Shown one piece after another: positions 28,909 to 40,800 of a stretch of DNA of 64,000 nt. Origin of the DNA: Phallusia mammillata. Its lineage: Eukaryota. How positions within the stretch are numbered: the first letter of the stretch is position 1; every line of letters starts with the position of its first letter. Made by a program: the position numbers and the translations under genes. The notes beneath the pieces were generated by a model. That model did not search any database, was not told the origin of the DNA, and worked only from the letters and a program-made list of their open reading frames with translations. Location: positions 1,364,001 through 1,428,000 of the forward strand of contig OZ281500.1 in NCBI GenBank assembly GCA_965637545.1, given 5' to 3'.

Positions 28909-31900
28909 ATGTTTCGAACATTTCAACATATTAGATTCCTCAGCAAAAGATTTATTAGCCCCCAAATAAAGTCTACATCTCAAGAACGAGCTACGTGTTT
29001 GAACTATCAAAAGCCGACGTTTGTCCGACTATTTTGCACCGTAATGGACATTGAATCTATGAAGGTATTGTTTGTGAAATCATTTTTATGTGTACCTTTA
29101 AATCTTGTTTATCAGTGGAGGTATAGTCTACTTAGAAGAATAAACTACCTTTTTGTTATTAAATATCTAATAAAAAAACACTATATACTTCATGTTTTTA
29201 TGTTCTGTGATTATTTGAATGGATGTAAGGCATTAATAAGTATGATGTACATAATATATTCAGGTTGTGGAACTTCGTGCTTACCTAAAGTCGAAAAACC
29301 TTTCAACAAAAGGCAACAAAGAAGAATTGCAATTGAGGGCAGTGTCATTTGCCAGCGATAAAAGTCAGACAGAAGATGCTTCTTGTAATTATAAATTGTT
29401 TTCATGACTTGTTCAGTTTGGAGAGCACACGCCAGTCGGTTTTGAACTTGCAAAATAATCGGTGGTAGGATTCAAATTTTTTATCAGCAGGTTCTATCAC
29501 AAATATCATATTTTTCAGCCGGTTCTGTTACAAAAATGCCATTGACAGTATCCAGTAATGCTAACCGGTTTGCTGATCTCATAAAATTTCGTAAAACGGT
29601 TCTATAGAACCGGTGCGAACCAGCTGAATCCCACCACTGGATACACCATAGCATTTATTAAACCTATGGGTTTTTTTTAATTACCGAATTGTTTCATTTG
29701 GGTATAACATTTGCTATGGACAGTAGACAGAAAGGTAATCTACCAAAGTTTGTAATAACTCACTGGTTTGTGCTCTCTTAGTGGACAGGAATGACAACAG
29801 TGAAAATGCAATGAGCGTTGCTTCTGAAATTCCTGAAACAGCGAGCAAGGAGCCAGAAATTTCCGCAGAAAACTTAAACCCTGTAAAAGAGGCCATAGAC
29901 ACCAACAATGGCAACTTTATTAAACCTGAAGGTTTGTTTTAAAAGAAGTATTAAAAAGGACAAACATGGGAATTAAAATATATATATCACCAGTTGCAGA
30001 TGTTGAAATGTCAGAATTTGAGAATGAAAGGAAACGAAAAGGTGACGATTTTTATCCAGGACAGAAGAAAGTAGCAAAATGGTTGCCAAACACAAAATCA
30101 CCTCTTATGCTACTGAATGAAATGAAACCAGGTAAAACTTTGCATTTTTACTGCTTTTACATAAAATGTTGCTTGCAAGTTTGTAACTCAAACCTAATGT
30201 TGGCAAAATTCATATTACAGCAATTTCCAACATATACAAGAGGCAGAAAAATGTAGTTAAATCTATTTAAATTTTATTATGTACAGTGTATGTTGTCTTG
30301 TTAACCGTTTTTTTTTTCATCAAATGGTCTTAACTGTAAGGTTACCGTGGTTGCAGGTACAACAATCAGAGTTTCAGCTATTTCGAGCCCTGGAAACAAT
30401 CCTCGGTTTAAGGCAACAGCAGAAGTGAATGGGCAACAATTCTGTGCTGAGGGAAACAACAAGAAAGAAGCAAAGCAAACCCTAGCTGCACTTATACTAC
30501 AGTAAGATATAATGTACCACTATGTGGTCTGTGTGAAAGGCATACCTCCAGTGGTGGGATTCAAATATTTTGTCACTCTGTTCTATCACAAAATATTTTT
30601 CAGCTGGTTCTGTTACAAAACGTCCATTGACAGTAACCAGTAATGCTAACCGGTTCGCTGATCTCATAAAATTTCGTGAGACAGCTCTGTAGAACTGGTG
30701 CGAACCGACTGAATCCCACCACTGCATACATCCCATTTGTTTTTTTGAAAAACTCTTATTGATGTATTTGCCAAATTGGAACAAAATAAATACCAAATGA
30801 GTCATCAGTTTAGCATTTATTTTGCAAGTTGATTTTATTAGCCTGACTCAATGACATGAAACACAATATAGCTCCTGCTGCTTGCCAAAACTTTTTATTC
30901 CATTTACCAAATCTATAAATATTTGGCACCAATGCTCTTCACGTCTTGATCCCAATTTTTTCTACACAGGGAGTTACATTACCAGTTTGCTTCTCCTGTA
31001 ATTCCGTTTTACAATCCCAGTCCAATTGACTTCACTTCTGACGACATCGAATTTCCAATCATGCCACAGGTTAATTTTATTGCTTCTGTTGTTTTTGAAC
31101 TTAGATTCGTTTTTGCAAGTTACACAGAATTTCTATTAATTCCAGCCTCGACTATATTCATCTGGACCAACTTCACCAGTGATGTTTGACTCTTCTCCTC
31201 CTGCTCCTCTCACTCCTCCCCCACCTCCTCCTCCTTTTGTTGCTATGGAAACTAGCACTTCTCCAAAACCAAAGAAAAAATCAGTCAATACAGCTGAGGG
31301 TGAGTGCTGGTTTAAAATCTTAACACCAAATATGTTTGTTTTACCATTATCGTGATAAAGGTGTCTTGCATGAGACGTCGAAATGTCGATTGTATAATAA
31401 AACTGCCGAAAGAGCAACACTTGTCTATGTATTTGTTCTACTTAAATTGTCTCTTCTTTGTATGTAAAAAGTCCCCGTCCAAAGGTCTGCATTTAATTAA
31501 GATGATTAACACTTCACTATTGTTTTAAAGCTAAAAATAGCAGCAATTTATTGTTGTGTTCAGGCAGGAATCCAGTCTCTGTGTTGAACGAAATGCTGCC
31601 CGGCATACCGTTCAAATGCATTGAAGAAGTTGGGATAAAGCAGGAAAAAACTTTTACAATGGAAGTAGAAGTTAATGGAAAAAAATATCAGGGTTATGGC
31701 AAAAACAAAGTAGGTTAATTAGAAATAATAACATTTTCTGGTCATTAACTTGGATTGTTTTCAGAAACTTGCCAAACTCGGTGTTGCTACAAAAGTTTTG
31801 CAAGAAGAGTTTGGCGTTTCAACACAAGCAGGCGATCAGAGGAGTGTATCAAGCAACATGATCACTGATGTTTGTGTTGAGGAAAGTGCTGGGGTAAGGC

Positions 31901-34900
31901 CATAACTTCACCAATTTCACCAAAAACATCAAGTTTATAGAGCTCTGCTGGCAAATGTATCTTTGTATAAAATACATTTGCCAGAACAGTTCTATAAACT
32001 TGATATTATGCCGGCAGCAATAGCTTATATATCACCAAAACCATGTTAAGTTGTGAAGCTATCAAATTTTGTGTGTATTTTCAGAACTTGCCAGATTTGG
32101 TTTACAGTCTTGTGAGGGAGAAATTTTCAGATTTGACCAACAATTTTTCATCTGAATTTTCCAAACACAAAGTCCTAGCTGGTATTGTTATGACAAGAGA
32201 AAATGGTTAGTCCAAATTTTTTTTTGTAAACTGAGTGAAAATAGAGTTGCTCTGCATTCTATGCAAGTGAACTGGTAAGTTTGTGAACACCTATTTTGTA
32301 AAAGTTTTATTTTTTCAAGTTCGACAAATATAAATGCTATACACAGGATCTGTCCCTCTAACAGTAGGCATGTTAATGCCATAGATCACTGAGTCAAAAC
32401 TGTTTCAATAAATGATTAATTAAGAAGCAAATGCATCTGACTCAAAATCAGTAGACATATGCTTGCATAGGTGAAATATATATCTCGTTTTTAACAACCT
32501 TGTGTCTACTGATTTTGAGTCAGAAGCATTTGATTCCTCATTATCAAGTTAGACAACCCTTTATTCTTGCTTTGTTTTGTTGCAGGTCCAAATGTCACAG
32601 ATGGGGAGGTAATATCAGTTGCGACTGGAACAAAGTGTGTCAAGGGTGAATTCATATCCAATCAGGTTTGAAACAATCTCTGTTGGCTGTTTATAATTTA
32701 CTCACATCCAATTTACAATCATCTTCTTTGCAAGGGTGCTGCATTGTTCGATTGTCATGCTGAAATTGTCTCCCGTCGTGGTTTTCGAAGATTTATGTAC
32801 CAGCAGTTAATTGAATATGAAAAGTAAGAACAATGCAATTGTGGCAACACCCACCATAACACAAGTAAATAGGGACAGCCATAGCAAGCATTGGTTTTGT
32901 GGCATATATTTTGATATTTTTTAAGTGTTTCTGTGTAAAATCACAAAGTAAAAACTTTGTGATTAGTAAATTTTATGTATATTTATTTCCAACTTTATCT
33001 GTGGGACTGCTTTTGGAAACAAATGAGATGAGGTATATGTATTTTGAAGAAATGAGGTATATGTTGTTGAGCACACTTACAGAGTCCAATTCTTAAAAAA
33101 CTATTTTTGCAGCACACTATGAAAACTCTCATGGCACGTTACTGAATCGCAGTACAGAAAAATATATATTTGTGCATTGAAATATGTAATGGAAACATTT
33201 AGAACTGTTATTAAAGTTTATTAGTCAACTTACACTTTGTGTAGAAAGCAAATGCAGAGACAGTGAGAAGTTTAACGTTAGGTTGATTTCAGAAACAAAT
33301 CCACTTCTATTCTGGAGCACACTGGTTCTGGTCGATTCAAACTGAAGTCGGATGTGTTTTTTCATCTTTACATCAGCACATCACCTTGTGGAGATGCTAG
33401 GTTGTTCTCCCCACATGAGACAGAAGGTAAGGGACATTTTAATGAAAAAAAAATGAATGTTAGTTTTTATTGAAGTCAATTGTGTGTCAATGAAAAATCC
33501 AACATTAGTCGATGATTTTTAAGGTGTTAACACTTAACAGCAATATGAATTACCTTAAAAAGGGATTGTTTTGAGCATGTTGTTTTTCTTAAGTAGATTG
33601 TGTATAAGACTGATTTTACCCTTTTAGTTTTATTCTACCTTGTACTCTCGTGCCCTTGTTTTTAACATAATAGGAATTGTTTTTTATTGTTGATAACAAA
33701 ACTTGCTATAGATGTGTCTGTGAGAAAAACAATTTGTTGTTATTGTAGAGTCCAGTGATAATCATCCAAACCGAAGATCAAGAGGAAGACTACGAACTAA
33801 AATAGAGAACGGAGAAGGCACAATCCCAGTTGTGGATGAAGGGTTTGTTAAAGAACACGGTCGAAGCAATGTTCAGCAAACATGGGATGGAATTATTAGC
33901 GGAGAACGACTTCTTACGATGTCATGCAGCGACAAAATAGCAAAGTATACTTGGTTTAACACTTGATAATGTAAATCTCAAAATATTGAACAACTAAAAA
34001 TATAGTTTAAAAAGTATTAAATGGGAATAGTTTAGTGCAGACTTGAATAACAAAAATAAAAAGTGTTTGCAAAACTTAAAAATCACTGCCTTGTTTGGAG
34101 ATAGATATGATAAAGCGTGATTCTTCCAATAAACTGAAGTGCTGTTAGGCTACATTGGTCAATACGGCCCAGTTCCTGACAATAGCTGCACTGATGAGAC
34201 ATTGTAGGTTGAAACAGTATGCACTGTCTTCAGGTTACTCATCATTTATTGGCTTAAAGCAGATATGATATAATTAAACAATCAGTAAGTCCCTTTCCAA
34301 TATCCAACATAAACTATAGTGGTACAAGAATAAAACTCCCTTATATAAGCAAGTAGTGTTATTATGAACCAATGCTTCACAAGATCCTTTAGGACAGGGG
34401 TTCTTAAACTTTTTCAGTTGTGTCCCCCTTTACACTGTTTATTTATTCTCACGCCCCCTCCCTAAAAATGTTAGCACTGATGATGCTTGTCTTGTTTTTT
34501 GTAAACAACATACATCGTATGTCCGCTTTAAGCTACTGTCAAGTTAGTTCCAATCGTTAGAAAAAGCCACTTCAACGCGGATAAGTTGCGAAAAAAGCGC
34601 GTGCACAGAGCCACGGTGCCAGTATTCTTGTAAACTACGCATATGTCGCCCAGAAATTGTTGATGCACTAAAAGTCAATCTCCGATGCGAAATTAAGAAC
34701 AAATAAAGAATGTACAGCCGACTATATAGTACAGGGGTCACCAAACTACGGCCCGCGATCCCATTTTTTAGGTTTGCCAAAACGTATTGATGACTTTGTT
34801 ACTGTCAAAAATTAATCTACTCCTTACGAAAGTTTACTGCTACGACATGTAAAATTAATATTACCGACTTTCATAGGATTGCAACGCCCAGGATTGATCC

Positions 34901-37018
34901 AAAGCCAGTTTATTACGTCACAGACAAAACAAAAAGTGTTAATTGTGCGCAAACAATTGCCTTATTTTGTTACTTGTGACGTAATATACAAACATGCCTT
35001 GTAAGATGAGACTAACTATAAAATTTAACAGATTTTAAATGGGTTTTTAAAAAGACCATATCTTGGCACCCCTATAAAAATCGCCTCGTGGGCTAAGTTT
35101 GAGAAGAGGGCACTAGGGCATGTAAAGTCCGCAGTGGAAAAAAGTTTGGTTAGTACAACTGGACATCCATTTCAGAGCAATGAAATGTTTACTTTAAACA
35201 ATAAGTTCGAAATTAGCGCCGACATAATTCCAATACATTCATTTACAATTGTTTGCAAGTGAAAACTTTGCAGCCAGATTGTGCTGCGCCCCCCTTGCGA
35301 ACCCTTCACGCCCCCCTAATTTTCATAGAAAATAACTTGTGCATCCCATGGCAGTTAAAGTCCAGGTTTACTTTTTATTGTAGCAGGGGTTTGACTTGTA
35401 ATTGTTAAAACAAGACAAAAGAAGGACTGAAATGAAAAACAAGGACATTCCTTAAAAAAAGGATTTGAATTTTTCTAAGACATTGCCCTTCAGAATAGGG
35501 ACAAATCTTAGAAATAAGAATGGTATGGCAACCCTGTTTAGGGCAGACACAACAAGAAATGCCATGTCTTTTTTCCAGGTGGAATGTCGTTGGAATTCAA
35601 GGTTCTTTACTGAGTTTGTTTATTGAGCCAGTCTATCTATCTAGCATCATGCTTGGGTCTCTGTATCACGCCCAGCACCTTGAAAGGGGGGTGTTTTCTC
35701 GAGCAAGTGACGCAATGAGGGCAGCACTACAAGAAACTGACGACATGGACAAATTATTTCCTCAAAACTACAGAATGCACCGGCCACTGCTAGCGTCAGT
35801 CAGCAGCTCAGGTTGGACTTTCATAATCTATGTTTCAAATTTATAAATTCGTTTTTATCACTAGTTAATGTTTACAATCCAGTTAGGTTGCCTAGTGTAA
35901 AATTCTTCAAACAATATCGCAGAGTAACTGGAAATTTTCGTCAAACAAATACCTTTCAAAGTGAAAAGTCAGAAGCAACTTAGTTTAAAAAAAGAACAAA
36001 AACAGTCACACCTTGTATTTAAAAATGTTCAAAAAATGTTATTTCACAACAGGAAGGCGGATGGCAAAAAAGGCACCAAACTTATGTTTTCACTGGACAT
36101 CCGGGGATCCAACTCATAGTATTATCAACACTGGCACTGGTAAGGCTCTTAACACACTCATTACCACCATTATATTGATGGCAATAACATGTTCAATGCT
36201 TATCAAGGTCGAGCAGATGATGGCGCGTCCTCCAATCTGTGTAAGAAGGAAATGATGAAAATGTTCATGGATGTGTGTGTGAATAACTCGTCAATTGTGA
36301 AACCTGATTCATTTGATCAAAAAACTTACGGGGAATTAAAAAACCTTGCAAGCGGTTATCAGGTGAAAATTTTTGCAAAATTATTTTTTTTAACTATTTC
36401 TGTTGTTTATTATGTTGGTGTGTTTCTTTTGTTTTCAAGTATGTTTTTTTGGTGGAGGTTTCTGGTACAAAAAAATACTTTACTGCTAAGGGCTGATTTC
36501 AAGAAAATCATATTATGGTATACATCAGTGGTTCTCAACCTTTTTAAATGTCAGGGCCAAATGGTAGTTTTTTAAATGTGTAAGGAGCCGCAAAAAACGA
36601 AACCTCAAAAAAACACTAAAGCTTATTACATTGAAAGCTAACATAGCAATCTTTGGTAGTTATTTTAGGTCTGGTGCGAACAGCAAAATAAGTAGTTGGA
36701 AGCCGCATGCGGCCCTGAGAGCCACGGTTGAGAATCACTGGTATACACAGTCAAGTCACATGAAGTACTAAATATTAGAAGCTGTAATATGCTTAACACA
36801 AAATCAATTCAAACACAGTCAAAATCAGTTCCAAACTCGTTCATGTTCACTGTTAAGTTGCGTTGCACATGGATTGTATGTTAAAGTTGATTCATCTTTA
36901 TCTTGTCAAACAGGAACTGAAGTACCAAGTCATGGGTGGTTTCACGAAAACCAACTGTGGAAGATGGATCGGTAAACCCAACGAGGTTGACATGTTTACT
37001 TACCAGCCCAAGAAATAA
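28909..37018 (+). CDS. ADARB1: ADAR2-type dsRNA adenosine deaminase (SAP + 2 dsRBD + deaminase); 18 coding exons: 28909(or 29044)-29064, 29264-29363, 29782-29931, 29994-30131, 30357-30501, 30970-31069, 31146-31299, 31564-31709, 31765-31893, 32085-32205, 32586-32665, 32735-32823, 33293-33426, 33749-33944, 35579-35811, 36053-36139, 36208-36362, 36914-37018
   Basis: dsRBD1 ([12 protein letters not shown]...GNNKKEAKQ), DFTSD linker, dsRBD2 ([11 protein letters not shown]...GKNKKLAK), deaminase motifs [39 protein letters not shown]-terminal [11 protein letters not shown]; phases consistent (2418 nt, 805 aa from the upstream ATG). Exon-2 donor GTCAGA is weak. Confidence 0.93.
29460..29639. mobile_element. 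~178-bp MITE, copy 2 (ADAR intron 2)
   Basis: Aligns end-to-end with 20228-20406. Confidence 0.8.
30549..30724. mobile_element. ~178-bp MITE, copy 3 (ADAR intron 5)
   Basis: TIR CAGTGGTGGGATTCA; TSD CATACCTC/CATACATC. Confidence 0.85.
31340..31430 (+). mobile_element. Family A copy with mutated ribozyme core (ADAR intron 7)
   Basis: ATTATC-GTGATAAA-GGTGTCTTGCATGAGACGTC-GAAATGTC-GATTG-TATAATAAAACTGC aligns to family A. Confidence 0.65.
34185..34234 (+). ncRNA. Type I hammerhead ribozyme with full helix III in ADAR intron 14
   Basis: GCTGCA-CTGATGA-GAC attgtag GTT-GAAA-CAGT atgc ACTG-TC^-TTCAGG; perfect ACAGT/ACTGT helix III; G10.1-U11.1 wobble and one mismatch in stem I. Confidence 0.65.
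34395..35320. mobile_element. Cluster of nested/truncated hAT MITE fragments in ADAR intron 14
   Basis: Left-end motifs CAGGGGTTCTTAAAC (34395) and CAGGGGTCACCAAAC (~34732) plus right-end-like GC blocks; ends not paired confidently. Confidence 0.45.
36526..36740. mobile_element. hAT-type MITE in last ADAR intron
   Basis: TIR CAGTG(G/A)TTCTCAACC; TSD GTATACAT/GTATACAC. Confidence 0.85.
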
Positions 37019-37824
37019 ACAATCATGCAATGTTGAAAACATCACTGCCACTTCTGCTGTATGGCAGTAGAGAGACATCATTTGTCAGTGGAAATTTTTC
37101 AATCATGTCAAACTCTGGATCTTTCCTCTTTCACCTTTAACCCCATTTCAACGTATTTTTTTTCTTTCTAGCAGTTCTTCAAGTTTTATTAGTTTTTATT
37201 CTGGTATGTTGCATTTTTGGTGTGTGGTGATATGACTGTGTATGTTTCGTGGAGGGTTAGTGATATTTTATAGTGCAAGGTGTTACTTTTTTGTATGTAC
37301 CTGAAATGAAAATTTTTGTTCACTCCATTTGGGATCTGTTTTGATCTAATATAGACTTCAACATTTTTGCAATTGAGAAAGACAACTAAGTGTATTAGAG
37401 TCACCAGAGCATGTGTCCATAGACCCTCATAAAAGTGGCTGATTCAACCATAAAATGTCGGCACCCTGTGAGTGCAGCAAAAATATTGAATAGATAAGTT
37501 TAGTTTACAGTTTATGCTTTGCACCACACAACTACTGTCAGGCCTTTGTAGCAAGTATTGCAGCTGTGACATATATCATCAAACCTATCCTTCATTTTAT
37601 TTCAAAAAACTGATACAGAGGTAATTGCCAGCTTATCAGCATTAAATTGAACCCCAATAAGAATGGAACGATCTATAACCGAAAAGAAAAGGCCTGAAAT
37701 GTGACATTATATTTGCCTGGCCTGGGCACGAAACAGTTATGGGCATAGCACAAATACAAACGCATCACCATAAGTCAATAAAACCCAGCAGAAATAATAA
37801 GAATGCAAGATATAGAAACACAAA

Positions 37825-40800
37825 TCAGTCGCTGTCAAATCTAATGGAGTTAACTGTGTTTGAATCAATGTTTCCACCGCGGTAACTTCCACGTTTTTTC
37901 TTAGTTTTCTCGTGACGGAAACTTTTGCCTTTGGTGTGTTTCAAAGTGTCATATGCTGCTTTGCCCCAAGAATCATTCTGTTGAAAATATTTGTCATGAA
38001 AACAATACAGTACATTTGAATTTCATAAACATTTTTGTTGTTGTAGCTGGCATATAGGAAAATATTTGACAAATGTTTCATCCGCCAGATTGCACTATTT
38101 GCCCATGTTATCATTTACCCAGCATGTTGCTAGATAAAAAATGTCAGCCATGTATTACAAGTTCTTTAAAACAACAAGTATTTTTGTGTAGTACTACAAT
38201 GTTGACTGATAACTTGGTAAAATACCATATAACAGAGCAGCATAAACTTAATGTTTTTCAAACAACTTTTGAATTCTTGTATTAGGGTAAAGTTGTATAT
38301 TTGATGGATTTGATGCACTAACCTTGGTTTCAAATGAATTGCTTGAGAATTTGTAATTGACCTCAATCTCGTCGTCGTTTACTCTACGAAATGGTGTGTT
38401 AGGTGCTGACTGTCAAATCAAGTGGGGAAGCAATGGGTTGAAGAGGAATATTATGTATCAGACTATGTTATGTTTTTTAAGTGTTTTTTGACTGGCAAAT
38501 ACAGGTTACCAGTTCTAGCACAAAATCACTCTAGACCTGACTAAACCATAGTGTTGGCCAACCATATTAATAACTCTATTTTGATGTAAAGTTTTTAAAG
38601 TAGTGTAACATAAATGATCCAGGCATTATGAGATCATTACTGATTTTTTTAGGTTGTACAAACTTACAACCACACAATTTACAGTTAAACAGCTGGTCAA
38701 ATACAAAAACACAGGTCATAAATGATGTTGCAAAAATGTTTCTCACTTTTTTATCAGATTTCTTTCCGGACGTTGGTGTTTTGTTTGTAGAAACAGGAGT
38801 TGATACTGGTGTCATTTCTAAAAACATAAAACAAAAACAATTAACTGCATTGGCATCGACGCATCAGGGTTAATCCCAGTATGTATATATTTATCTTAAC
38901 TGTATGGCCTAATTATTTTAAAACTTCAAAAACTTTCACACACCTGACACAGAGTCATTAGCTTTTCCTTTCTTAGCTTTCTTGCTTGGAACAGGTGTAT
39001 TGGATGCTGAGACATCTAATAAAAACCAAATAGTAAAAAGTAATACACAACATTAAAATAGAGGTATTGGTCAAAAATATATTGGTTCTGTTTATAAAAG
39101 TACAGAGGTTCAACTGTTTGGTAGGTCATGATCAGGCCAACACAATGATAATTTTAATGTATAAAAGACGAATCAACTTGAATTGTATCAGGATATGAGT
39201 TTCATAATATCCTGAGAAAAAACAGTGAATGAAATCTGCACAAATAAATACACAATGTAGTACATTTTTTAAAATGAGTAATAATAGTTTACACACAACA
39301 AAATGTGATTCTTTTATCTCCACATAACACGTCCGATTGAAACGAACATTATTAACCTTTTCTTTTCACTGCTGACTTGGTTGCTGCTTTCGGAGTTGAT
39401 TTGGCCTTTGGAGTCTAAACAAAGTTAACTTTTAAACACATATAAATGTACCACAACACTTTTGTCAATCATTTTCTGTCAGTCAACTGACAAGTCATTA
39501 ACACAGTGAGTATGAAAAAGGTAAATGACTACTTTAAACAAGCTAAATATTTCCCTTTTTAACCAATCAGGCCCAATTATCAAAGCATGGACTATAATAT
39601 TGTTTGAGTTTGTTACATTTTTATCCTTGATGGGCAGACAATGTCTGAATGCTTTATGCTCATGATGAGTCTGCCGATAAGATGCCTATTTTTACTGCAA
39701 GTCCATTGAACCCTTTTTTAGTTTAATCCCGCAGATTGCAGTGGGTTTGAGTAATCAGTTGAGTTTATTTTGCCGGGTAAAACAAATTGTAGAAGCACAA
39801 TCGCGCTAAAATATTCACCAAGCCAAAAATGCTAAAAAGCAAACACAAGGTTATAGGGATGTGCCAAAACTGTAAATGTTCTGTTTGGTCGAGCACCGAG
39901 CATCTCACCTTAATGCTCGGTGCTCGGACGTCACTACAAATCCCCTTTCCACGTTTTATCTCTACATGGCCTCTTTCGTCACCGGCGGTGTTGTATTAAG
40001 CTGTACATGCCCATAAAGTATGCGTTTTTCCAACATCAAGTGCATTTGAAAAATCATTCGTCTTTGTTCATAGACACCCTTTAGAACACTAGTTATGTAT
40101 ATTAGCAGGGCATGAATATGCAAATTTAAGTTTGTGCAACTGCTCGGCCGAGCACCGAGCATTAAAAACAGCGATGCTAGGTACCGAGCACTCGGGTTCT
40201 GGCCCTGCTCGGCCCATCCCTACAAGGTTATGCTAACCACTTGACCAAACGATCCACCTGATATTGTTGGCTTATTTTTTGCACAAAATAAATAAAATAT
40301 TCAGAACACTGTTTCTTATCCAATAAAGTCACAACAATATAAGTTAACCTTTATAACTGACAGGTTTCCATTGGTGAGTGCTTTTGTGGCTTTGGTCTTT
40401 TGTTTTTCTTCTTCGCTACTTGAGTCATCATCAGATGAAGATTCTGATGAACTAGATTCTGCTTTTTTGGGAGCTGAAACATAATAGTTGGGTTTACAAA
40501 GCGAGAGTCTTGTTAAAAGTAATCAATGTGTCATGACCAAAACAATTCAACTGCTGTAATCCAAACAAATTTCATTTGTATTAAAGCAAGAAAGGGTGTA
40601 TTGTTATGGAACTGAAATAATTAACAGGTTGGAAAATGTTTATTTCCAGGTTTAAATCAGTTGAAAATCTTGTAATGAATAATATATTTCTACAAAAAAT
40701 GTTTATAAAGGGCAATAAAAGGGGATTAAAATTAGGAAGGCTAATAGTACATAGTTCGTGATATATATATACAATGAAAGGTGAAAATCTTTGCAAGAAT

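Noticed and set aside
29460-30724. Two copies of the same MITE in ADAR introns as a dsRNA editing substrate
   Set aside because: Both are in the same orientation, so they cannot pair with each other beyond the short TIRs.
36013-36575. Apparent frameshift or recoding in the ADAR deaminase (two overlapping ORFs)
   Set aside because: Explained by an ordinary 68-nt GT-AG intron (36140-36207) that restores the frame.
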